From Eledone cirrhosa (Eukaryota): DNA of 64,000 nt. The translations under genes and the position numbers were made by a program. The stretch is from positions 185,008,001 through 185,072,000 of the forward strand of contig OZ024743.1 of NCBI GenBank assembly GCA_964016885.1, in the 5' to 3' direction. This document shows, one piece after another, positions 11,667 to 22,800 of this stretch. The notes beneath the pieces are model-generated. The model was not told the DNA's origin. It worked only from the letters and a program-made list of their open reading frames with translations, and did not search any database. Positions within the stretch are counted from its first letter, which is position 1. Every line of letters begins with the position of its first letter.

Positions 11667-12837
11667 GTATGTATGTATGTATGTAAATATATGTATATGT
11701 ATGTATATGTATATCTATGTATATATATGTATGTATATATATAAAACAATGTTGTTTCTGATCGAGTCTAAAGAAGAGTGTATTTGATTGAATACATATA
11801 AAAATGAAAAACCTCATCGCTAGAACAGCCGTTAAAACAGCTAAATGCTGTCAAAGACAGTGATGGGCAAAAATGCCTCAGAGACCAGCTGCCAGTGGTC
11901 AACAGAGTCAATCTACAAGGTGGGTAACAGGCAGATGAAATATAGAAAAGATTGAAAGAGGAGGAGGACAAGGAGAAGTGTGCTGGCGCATAGAAGTGAC
12001 TGGAATAAGAAAATATAGAAAGGCGATGTATAAGACAATTTTACACACTCATCTTCACCCTCATCAGCTCGCAAACCAGCAAAATGATTATCTGTTTTGT
12101 GCCTCCTCTTTTTCCTGGTCTTATGCCTCTACTTCGTTTTGTCTTGTTTGTGTTTTGTGTCTGTATGTGTTTTGTGTTTGTCAAGTCTATGTGTGTGTGG
12201 GTTTGTATCTTTTGCTGTTTGTGTCTTTTTTTTGTTTGGATCTTTGTTCAGTTTTCAGGCATTATGTTGTGGGTTGTTACTATTTCACTCATGTTTTCTG
12301 TTCAGGCTAGGACTACCTTCTTTTATGTGAGTGGCCCCTGTAATTTGTCTGAGTGTCGCGTCAGTTCTATGTGTGGATAGAATCTTTATTTTTATGTTAT
12401 CTATTTGTATTGGTGCTCCAACATAGCGATATACATATTTATGTACATATTATATATTGAATAATATGAAAAACATTTGAAGGCCTTTCGCTATGAATTT
12501 TTAATACGTACATTTATATGTATATAGCTATGTCGGAGTACCAATACAAATTTTTAAATTAAAGATGGGTCAACTGCCGCTCTGCATGCAAATGAGCTTC
12601 ATCAGCTCATAAACATAGGCTGGAAAATATAAGATTCAAGCTTACATTAGCCTCAGCAAAGACGAGAAGATATGTAGTCTTGATAACAGCTAATAAGCTA
12701 GAAATGCGGCAATTGCTTCCCCCTGTTTTTACTGAAGCTAGGTGTGTAATGATGATCACAACCTTAAAAATTCATATGTACATTTATGTGTATATCACTA
12801 TGTCAGAGCGTCAATACAAATTTTTATACATATATAC

Positions 12838-13045
12838 ATTTGGTAATACTGATAGAGCATTGGGCAACGTTCACAGCATATATTTATGTCCCTTTACTTT
12901 CTGAGTTCAAATCTCGCCAAGGTTAGCTTTGCTTTTCATCCTTATCGGGTCGTACCAGTAAAGTACCAGTAACACACTGGGTTCAATTTAATTGACTCTC
13001 CTCTCCTCCAAAATTGTTAGCCTTGTACCTAAATCAGAAACCAAT
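12838..13045 (+). mobile_element. SINE (family A)
   Basis: CTGAGTTCAAATCTCGCCAAGGTTAGCTTTGCTTTTCATCCTT...AAGTACCAGTAACACACTGGG, matching 27497-27690 and the reverse copy at 56700-56870. Confidence 0.75.
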
Positions 13046-13547
13046 ATAATCATGTTACATAGCTATAAAGTATCTGCTGTTACAAATGGAGAAAATGGCA
13101 TCACAACCAAAACACAATGTCAGTTTTTTTCTTATTTTGCAACACACAAAGCTAACAAATGTATTATATGAATTTACCTGCCCATCTACTGATGGCAACA
13201 TCAAAATACCTCAAATTTATAGTTGTTGTAGCAATTGGTTGATAATGCTTTGCCTTATGATACACTGTACACACACAGGCCAATAGAGGAGCTTCTATGT
13301 AGTTACTCTATCTGTCTTAAAAAGAGATGGGATAGTTACAGATGGAATAAGTTTGATCATAGGCCTGCTTATTCAGAGCTGACTTACAATTAAACAACAA
13401 CAATATACTAGTATATTACTATATTAGTATAATGCAAGTACTTGCATAATTGAGTTCAGTTTTAATGTATAACAATATGATTTTATTTTTTTTGTACGTT
13501 TGATATATTTTTCTGTAACCATTTTATTTTTTTTTTTACTACTAAAG

Positions 13548-13646
13548 GTGCATTGACCACCAGTCTGCATGTGGGCATGCTGCTTTGCAATTGGGATTCA
13601 AGTGTGGCTAGTTCTCCCATATGGACCAGCTATATACATAGCATAG
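13548..13646 (+). other. Probable 5'-UTR exon of the + strand gene (99 nt, contains uATGs)
   Basis: Long poly-T tract then AAG| acceptor at 13547, and AG|GTAAGA donor at 13646/13647. Non-repetitive composition. Confidence 0.5.
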
Positions 13647-14149
13647 GTAAGATATAATCCTTTGTATTTTACATTTAGCTAAAGCCATTTTCTTATCTGG
13701 CTCTGCATTTTACACTTCTATTATTTTTAAAGCATATTCTTTGTATTATTGTTGTCATTATGTTTATCATAAATTCTTTTATTCTTTTTCTGGTTTCAGT
13801 CATTAGACTGGGGCCATGATGGAGGACCAGATTGATATAGTTGATCATTTTGACTCGGATACATATTTCTTTTAGTAGGCAAAATCTGTTCAATTGTATT
13901 TAAGAAATAATAGGAACAAACATGCTTCTTTTCCCCATTTTCCTGCCTCCCCACCCCTACACGTCACTGTACTTTTAGACCAATCAAACAGCAGTAGTGC
14001 TAAAATATATAATTTTTAACTCTAGCATCACTATTACTACTACTATAAGGTATGAGTTCTGTGTGTTTTGTTGGATTGTGTGGCAACTAAACTAGAGGGA
14101 GGGAAAATTTCTTCTCGGCATGAATCCACTCAACTACAGGAGACCAAGC

Positions 14150-17095
14150 AAACTTTCTTTATTTCAGGCATGGAAAGCTGGTACCAATTCCAATATAGAT
14201 TCCACCTCCCTTCTCAAGTATCCATCTTCCTCTTCCAGTAAATTACAAAACTTCAGAGCTGTGACCACTAACATAGACACAATAAGAGGAAGATCGGGAG
14301 AGATTGTAGAGATGTTAGAGCAAAAAAGAGTGGATATGTGTTGTGTATAAGAAACTAGATGGAGAGAAGGATCACCTCGACTCTTTGTCAGTAAAGAATT
14401 ATGCTAAAAAATGTTCTGGGTGGGTAAGTGGAGTGGGTATTCTGTTAGCAGAAAAATGGATAGATAATGTAATCACAGTAAACTGAGTAAATCACAGAAT
14501 CATTAAACCCATCATTATCCTAGTTAGAACAACTGTAGCTATTATATCTGCATATGCACTGCAATCAGAGACTACTAAAAGACGATTTTTATGAATTCCT
14601 AATACAGACTACTCTAGTGAGTGACAAGGAACTCTCTCTTAATCATAGCAGGAGAATTTAATGGAGATGTTGGGCAACATAGTGATGGCTTCTACGAGAT
14701 CCACAGAGTTTATGGGTTTGGTGCAAGAATTGAGGAAGGATCCAAGCTCCTGGAATTCTGCAATGCAAATGAACTATTTGATCAGGTGAGCACGCCAGCC
14801 AAATTGATTTCACCTTCATCAGAAGGCAATGGTTGTAAACACAAAATCCCTCCCTGTTGAAGAATGCACCTCCCAACATAACCTAGTTGTCTGCAATTTG
14901 TTAATTAGGTTGAGATGAACTTGGAGACAGAGGACAACCTGGAGGAGAAGGATATGGAAGTTGGAGGAGCCCTCAACCTGTAACAAATCTAGGAATATCT
15001 TGCTTGATGTTTTTGACAATAAGGAAGAAGAAAAAAAGGCATACAATATGGAGGAATAGTGGGAGTTCCTGAGAGACAATCTACTGAAGGCCACAAATGA
15101 GGTATGTGGCTGGAGTAACGGTCAAGGGAGTAAGGGGAGTGGCTTGGTGGTGGAATAGTAGGGTGGATGAAACAATTAAGGCCAAGAGACTGGTATGGAA
15201 AGAATGGCAAAATGGGGAAAGCAGAGAACTTTACCAAGAAGCCAGGAGAGAGGCTAGGCAACAAGTATACTTTGTAAGGAGGGAAGCAGAAAATAAAAAG
15301 TTTATGCATGTTGTGGGGTATCCAGGATCACAAGACAGTGTGTCAGGGAAAATTGTGATGTTGGAGAGAAGTTTTTCCAAGATCACGGTGGTGCACTTGC
15401 CCTCACTGATGCCAAAAAGAAGGCAGCATTGAAGTGTCATTATGAGAGACTGAATGAGGAGAATATTTGGGAAGGAGAAACCTACCCCATGTGGACCATA
15501 AAAGAGGGACTAGCTGTACAGGTCAGCAGCAGCATATTAAGTAAGGCAATTAAGGATATGAAGATAGCCAAAGCAGCTGGACCATCAGGAATAGTTGCTG
15601 AGATGCTGAAAGCATCAGTGATGGTAGGCCACACCATAACCACCCATATTGTAAACCAAGTAATACAAAATGGTACAATACTCAATGACTGGCATAGCAG
15701 CATCATCGTCAATTGCTACAAGGACAAGGTGATGCTGTAAACAGAGGAAACTATCGTGGCATCAAACTGATGGACCAGATCATGAAAATTATAGAAAGGG
15801 TCATTGTACAACTGATTATATCCCACCCTTGCAAGCAGGGAAATAGTGGATGTAAAATGAAATGAAATGAATGAATTAGGGATCGAATTAACATAGATGA
15901 GATGCAGTTCGGATTTGTGCAGGGTAAAAATACCACTGATGCTCTCTTCCTTCTGAGGCAACTGCAAGAGAAGTAGCTAGTTAAAAGTAAACCCCTTTGG
16001 CATTTGTTGACCTAGAGAAAGCTTTTGACAGCCCCCCCCCCCCCCCCCCCCCATTCTGTAATCTGGTGGGCACTAGGGAAACTAAGGGTAGATGAGTGTC
16101 TTGTGAGGGCAGTAGAAGCCAAGTATAGAGGTGCAGTCAACAAGTTTAAAATTAATAATGATTATAGTGAAGAGTTCAGTGTGCAAGTTGAGAACCACAA
16201 AGGTTCCATCCTTAGCTCTCTCCTGTTTATCACCCCCCAGGCTATAACCGAAGAGTTTAAAACAGGATGCCTTTGGGAACTCCTTGTACTGATGATCTCA
16301 TTCTTAAAGCTAAGCATAACTTGGGATCAAATGGTCTTAAAGTCAACTTGATAAAAACTAAAGTCCTAGTAAGTAGAAAGGAAAACAAGGCCCTGATCCC
16401 TTCAAGGAAATGGCCCAGCTCAATGTGTAGGAAAAGGGTGGGTAGAAATTCTACTCTCTGTGCCAAACGCAAACTATGAGTACACAAGAGATGTAGCAGG
16501 CTAGCAAAGTTTTACATGCGGTTGATGCATAGGAGCAGTAAGCAGCAAACATTCTCAGGAAACCAGCTTTATCAAATTCTTAGAGGGTACCGTAGGAGCA
16601 GATGACAGCTTTTGTTACCTGAGTGATCAAATTAGCAGTAGTGAGTGTTAGGAAAGTACAGTAACCAGAGTGAGAAGGGGATGGAAAAAGCTCATGGAGC
16701 TGCTACCAATGCTAACTAGGAAAGGTCTTCCCCTCAAAATGAAGGGCAGCTTGTATGATGTGTGTTTACAAACAGCAATCTGCATGGTAGTGAGGCCTGG
16801 CTGTGTTCAGAGGACCTCTGAAGTTTGGAAAGAAATGAAGCTTGCATACTCTGATGGAACAGTAAACAGTAAAACATAAATGAACTGAGAGAGAAACTGG
16901 GCATAAGAGGGATCAGATGCAGGAGAGGAGATTGCATTGGTATGGACATGTAATGTGTATGAAGGATGACAGCTGTATAAAAAGGTGAAGAGCACTCAAA
17001 GTTGTTGCATGGTAGTGAGGCCTGGGCACAGTGGGCAGAGGCCTTGTGAAGATTGGAAAGAAATGAAGCTTTCATGCTTTGAAGGATGTGTAATA
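14150..17095 (+). mobile_element. Decayed near-full-length RTE LINE (same PHD-bearing type as 6551-9400)
   Basis: [28 protein letters not shown] (APE N-terminus), AGEFNGDVG, AWWWNSRVDE, KAAGPSGIVAEMLKAS, QFGF, KWPSSMCRKRVGRNS..CAK and GWKKLMELLP. Many stops. Confidence 0.9.
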
Positions 17096-17172
17096 GTAAT
17101 AAAAAAACATCTTGTGGTTTCTAGTATACACCACTTCTCCCCTTCATCCGTCCATACACCTCCCACATCTTT

Positions 17173-18368
17173 TCTGGTGTACCACAGGGATCTGTTCTTG
17201 GTCCTCTTTTGTTTGTGGCATATATTAACGACATAGATGCCAACTTACAGAATGCCACAGTACTAAAATATGCAGATGACATCAAGCTGTACCTTGAAAT
17301 CAAAAGGACTGATCCTGAAATTTACAACTCTTTCCTACAATCAGACCTGGACACAATGCAGCAATGGATCACAGACTGGCAACTGAAGCTGGCTGTGGAC
17401 AAGTGTACCACCATGCATTTTGGAAGGAAAAATCCAGCGTCCACATACTCCCTCCACAACACTGATATCAAAAAGTCCTCTTGTGAACGTGACCTGGGCA
17501 TTACTGTCAGCAACGATTTGCGTTGGACAAAGCATGTCTCTAAGATTGTCAAGAAGGCCGAGGGTGTCTTGGCATCACTCAGCAAGATCTTTGTTAGCCG
17601 CTCTCCAGCCATCTATTTAAAACTGTATACAGCTATGGTACGACCACACTTGGAATTCGCATCATCAGTCTGGAACCCCTATCTTGCTCAGAACATTGAC
17701 CTCCTGGAAACTGTTCAGAGACGTGCAACCAAGCGCATACCCTCCATCAGACACCTACCATACTCTGAACGCCTTGCTTCCCTGGGCATGGATTCATTGA
17801 AGCTCCGACGTCTGGCAATGGACTTGCTGAATACCCACAAAGTTTTTAACCATCTCGCCAATTGCAATCCTGAGCGCCTCTTTGATCTCCATGTGTCTAA
17901 CACACGTGGACATGCCTACAAGATCAGAAAACAGCACAGCTCCCATGACTTTCATAGACATTTTTTCACGCTCAGAGTTGCTGAAGCATGGAACAAACTG
18001 CCTGCGTCAATTGTTAGCTGCCGAGACACTGCATCCTTTAAGACACTCATGCTTCCCGAAATACGCCAAAACTACACCTGATGTACCCCTTCCATACACA
18101 TGCACACATGTGTGTATCATGACTCGTGCACTGTTCATTTTACTGATGTTTGTGCATTGCCCTATGTACTGTACATGCACTTTTTTGATGAGTTGTGGTG
18201 CACCTGGGCACTGTACACAATATTTCATTATTGTTATTGTTATTATATCATGACTCGTACACTGTTCATTTTCTTAACATTTGTACATTATTCTATGTAC
18301 TATACATGCACCTTTGATGAGTTGTAGTGCACCTGAGCACTGTACACAATAATTTCATTATTATTATT
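17173..18368 (+). mobile_element. 5'-truncated young CR1/L2-group LINE copy with intact RT C-terminal ORF (stop at 18081) and (ATT)n tail
   Basis: [64 protein letters not shown]. Near-identical to 41131-42323. Confidence 0.95.
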
Positions 18369-18574
18369 TTAACACTCCACCCGTCTCTAACTAAGTGGCC
18401 CACCTGAGACCTACCTCTCCAATCCCCACCCTATATACATGCGTCCACCACCTCCACTCCAACTTTCACATCTGATGCATCTCTCTTAACCAACCCATGC
18501 ATACAAGCATGGAAAGCTGAACACAATCTTCCACAATGCTGCTAAAATGGCTAAACGCTCTCAGTCCACCCTGT

Positions 18575-18755
18575 AAGGGGATGGAAAAAGCTCATGGAGC
18601 TGCTACCAATGCTAACTAGGAAAGGTCTTCCCCTCAAAATGAAGGGCAGCTTGTATGATGTGTGTTTACAAACAGCAATCTGCATGGTAGTGAGACCTGG
18701 CTGTGTTCAGAGGACCTGTGAAGTTTGGAAAGAAATGAAGCTTGCATACTCTGAT
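18575..18755 (+). repeat. 181-bp near-perfect direct duplicate of 16675-16855
   Basis: Both start AAGGGGATGGAAAAAGCTCATGG and end GCATACTCTGAT. Two substitutions seen; offset is exactly 1900 bp. Confidence 0.9.
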
Positions 18756-18779
18756 AAGGTGCTTATGTTTGTGTTGTGA

Positions 18780-19200
18780 CAAAAGAACACAGCCTTCCTT
18801 GCAAGGTGGGGATGCTGATGACATAACAAATAAGCACCCAGTCCCTCCTGTAAGGTGGTCATGTTGATGACATAACAGGAGTCACCTAATCCACCCTGTA
18901 AAGTCGTTTGGGTTGGTGACATGACAAAGAGCACCCAGTATGCCCTGTAAAGTGGTCGTGTGTTGGTGACACAACAATAAATGCCAATCCACACTGTAAA
19001 GTGGTTGTTTTGGTGCCAAAAAAGTGCCAGTCCACACTGTAAATGTGGTTGGCATTAGGAAGGAAGGGCATTCAGAAACCAAGCCAAACAGTTCTGTATG
19101 AGTAAGACAAGGTCATCTGATGTGACTTGTCTCACAACGGGACAACTCGTCTAACCAATGCTAGTGATGAAAAATGGATGTTAAACGGTGATGATGATAA
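18780..19200 (+). mobile_element. RTE-tailed SINE (family C) with internal CACCC..T..ACTGTAAAGTGGT subrepeats
   Basis: GTGGTTGGCATTAGGAAGG..GGGCAT..AGAAACC core and ending CTCGTCTAACC...GGATGTTAAACGGTGATGATGA. Confidence 0.75.
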
Positions 19201-19285
19201 TCTTTTTAATTTTGTTTTGTTTTTTGTTTATTTTGTGGTGGTAAAGGTTTATTTATCTGTACCCTTATTACTTTTTCTTTTGCAG

Positions 19286-19831
19286 CCATGTTGATGAGAT
19301 CCCTTAAGAGTGAAATAGGAAAATAATGATTGTTCGAGTGTATGATGGCAACATGTAGAAAGAGAGAAGTGACTGATGTTAGACACAGTGTGGGTTACTT
19401 GCCATCTCTGTTCACTGTTGAGAAAACTCAGCTGAGCTCAAAAGAGCGTGTCAGCAGAGCAGACTCTACTGAATTGATAAGTTACTCATCAGTAATTATG
19501 CCGCCAGCTTTTGCTGATTACCGAGTTGGCCTGGCCAATGAAGATGAAGATGACAAGCATGTCGACTGCCACCAAGACCCACTGGCTCATCATCCGCCAA
19601 GCCACTCAGTTCAGTCCCACTTAGAGGTCAATCACAACCAAGTACCCTCGACAACTGCCACATTGTTTACTGCTGCTCATCACACATCTTCACCATCTCC
19701 TGCTCATGCCATTATAGGCATCGACCATTTAGCCAGTCATGAGATGTCCAGTGGTTTGCTGAGGACAGACAGTTCTTGCAGTGATCTGGATGTTACTACC
19801 ATTAACGACCGGGATTTTACTGATAACAAAA
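19286..19831 (+). CDS. First coding exon of the uncharacterised gene (ATG 19342, MMATCRKREV...DFTDNK)
   Basis: TTTTGCAG| acceptor at 19285, AA|GTAAGT donor at 19831/19832, 163 open codons. Confidence 0.8.
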
Positions 19832-22800
19832 GTAAGTAAATTTTCTGTTTTGTTATTCATTACATTCTCTATGTAGTTTGATGGCTTTGTGGTTACATTG
19901 ATATTCTGCAAATTTTATAGTCAGTAGTACAGGTAACATTAAGTTCAGATTGCCTACCAACCAAGGATGTTTTGTTTTAGGAATATAAAATAGCAGACAA
20001 TATAAGGAAAGTATTTAGGTAAGATTGTGTTCATTTTTTTCCGTTGAATTCAAGTGAAAGGAAACAATTGATATTATCGTCATCATCACTATTTAATGTC
20101 TATTTTCAATGCTTGCATGGGTTAGACAGGTTGTTATGCGAGATTAGCTAGGTCAGGTCAAATGACCATGTTTTGTTCATACAGATCTGTTTTTGGCTTG
20201 GTTTCTAAGGCTTGATGCCCTTCCTTAATGTCAACCACATTACAGTGTGGAAAGTGTCCTTTTTTGTCAAGATACTAATAAAATGAAACAGTTAAATGTG
20301 CAAGACGTGTCACAGCCTTAGTCCTTTTTTTTTTCTGGGACTCTTATCCGACTGCCTTGTTGAGCTAATTTATTGGTGAATGGCAATTGATTGCAAGGTC
20401 TGTTCTGTAAGTTACTATCCCAAAAATTGAAAGAAATAATTTTGAAAAAAGATTTTCACAAATTAATCTTTAAATTTATTATTGAAAAAAAATCAAAAGG
20501 TGAAGATTTTCAATGCGAAAGCAGATATCTATGTTTTATTTCCTTTTTGTTTCATTCACTTCCTCTTTATTGTCTGCTATTTTATTTACCTAAAGCAAAA
20601 CATACCCAGCCAACCTACGCTTATAAATATAACTGTTTTACCATTTTGTTACCATAATTCAAATGAAAGACACTCCATAATTTTGAAAATAATCAAGAAT
20701 TTGAATGGATTTAGTAATATAACTAAATTTCTCGTTATTAACTTGGTATTTGAAATATAACTTAACAAAGGTCTAACATAAAATTATGAGGAAAGGTTTT
20801 AAATAAATATAATCCATGCTAGCGTGGAAGAACGGACGTAAAACGGTGATGAGGATGATGATGATGATGATAATCATTTTAAAATAAGGTGCTTTGAAAT
20901 CAGAAGTTTTAACCTTTTAACCATTCTAATGAGTAAGATCATCATTATCATCACCATTTTACATCTATTTTGCATGCTTGCATATGTTGATGTATTCTTA
21001 TAAGATGAAATGATAAAAACAAGATATGTAGTCTCCTATATAATTTGAAGAAGATGATAAGTGTTAGGGAGGTGTAATGCTCCTAAAAACATGTCAATAA
21101 GACTAGGTATAGTGACAGGTTGAAAGAAATAGAACTTTTTGTAGTGGCTGGATTTGGTCAATTTAATTCATCTAATGAATTAACATAAGTAGTTGAGTAT
21201 TCCATAAGCAATATTTAGTTCTCTGGTTCGAACCCAAGGCTGGACAACTTCTGTATATGTCTTGGTAAACAAGTTTGATACGCATGTACCCTTAACATAA
21301 ATCTCAAGCCAAATCAGTGGAACACAATATGTGTCAAGGCTGGATCTTTGAATTACAAGTACAATGTTGAAATGGGACAGTGCTGATGTTACATAAAAAT
21401 ATACCAAACCCACTCTGTAAAGTGGTAGTGCTAGTGACAATAAAAAAGCACACAGTTCATTCTGTTTGGTGGTATTGTTGTTGCCATGACAAAAAAGCAA
21501 CCAGATTGCAGTGCTGGATTTATGATAAAATGCTCCCAGTATATATTGTAAAGCTTTTGGTCTTAGGAAGAGCATCCAGCTATAGAAATCAAACCAAAAC
21601 AATGTATTAACAAGACATTATCACCTGACTGGTCTAGCTTCAGAATGTGAAACTACGTCTAACCCATGCAAACATGGAAAATAGGTTTAAACAGTAATAA
21701 TGATGATGGCAAATTCATTTGATAGGCTTCCATACGGTTTCCATCTTCCCAGCTTTGTTTGCAAGGTTTTGGTCAACAGGGAGCTTATCCAAGATGCCAT
21801 GCAGTGGGATTGAACCTGGAACCTCATGATTGTGAAGCGAACTTCTTTACTACTCCAATCAAATAATAAGGTTTTAAATATGGCATTTTTATTGTATTTA
21901 CTTTCCATCTTCTAATTAAAATTGATCTATTGTTACTGCATAGATGAAATTACATCAGTGTAAGATTCATTGTGAAAGTATAACTGTAGGTAAGGATAGT
22001 GGTAGTGTGAAAACTTTAGTGTTATAATAGTAACTTATTACTGCACACACACACAGCCACATAGATATGCCCATACTCACATTAGAAGAAAAGTTGCAAA
22101 CAATACAATATAAGTGTTTTAACTAATTTGAAATTAACCCACCTGAAACAAGCTCTGGTTCTATGATACAAAACTGTTTGTTTTAAAATATTTATATTTA
22201 TCTAAAAAAACCTTCTATCATAATTTTATGTAAGAATCTTTAAGTTATGTTCCAAATACCAGTTTAATAAAGAGAAAGTTAGTTATATTACTAAATTTCT
22301 CCAAATTCTGGATTATTTTCAAAATTATATGGAAATTAAAGATATGGTCACAAAATGATTAAGGCCATTTTTCCTACGCAAATCAGGAGTTAACCTTGTA
22401 GGCCCTGTGACATAATTCTCCATTTTTCCCTATCCTCTGCACCCTCTCCCAACCAACACCCTGGCTTTCATTTCCTCCTCCATCATCTTTTGTTGTCGTC
22501 TTTACATTCCGTATACACTGAAATATTTTTTCTTTAACCCTTTTGTTTCCATATTTCTAACAAAAAACACTGCCTATGCTTTTCAAATATTTTTGAAAAT
22601 AATCAAGAATTTGGAGAGATTTTGTAATATAACTTTCTCATTATTTAATTTGTGCTTGGAGAATAACTTAACAAAGGTTCTTACACAAAATTATTGATAG
22701 ATATAAACAACATAAAATAAACAGTTTTGTATCATAGAATCAGGGTTGGTTTCAGGTGTTTTGATATCAAAAAGGCAAATTGCTTTGAAAATTCCTTCTT

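Noticed and set aside
11978-12380. Overlapping Cys/Val/Phe-rich ORFs
   Set aside because: Due to TG/T-rich low-complexity sequence; no domain or splice support.
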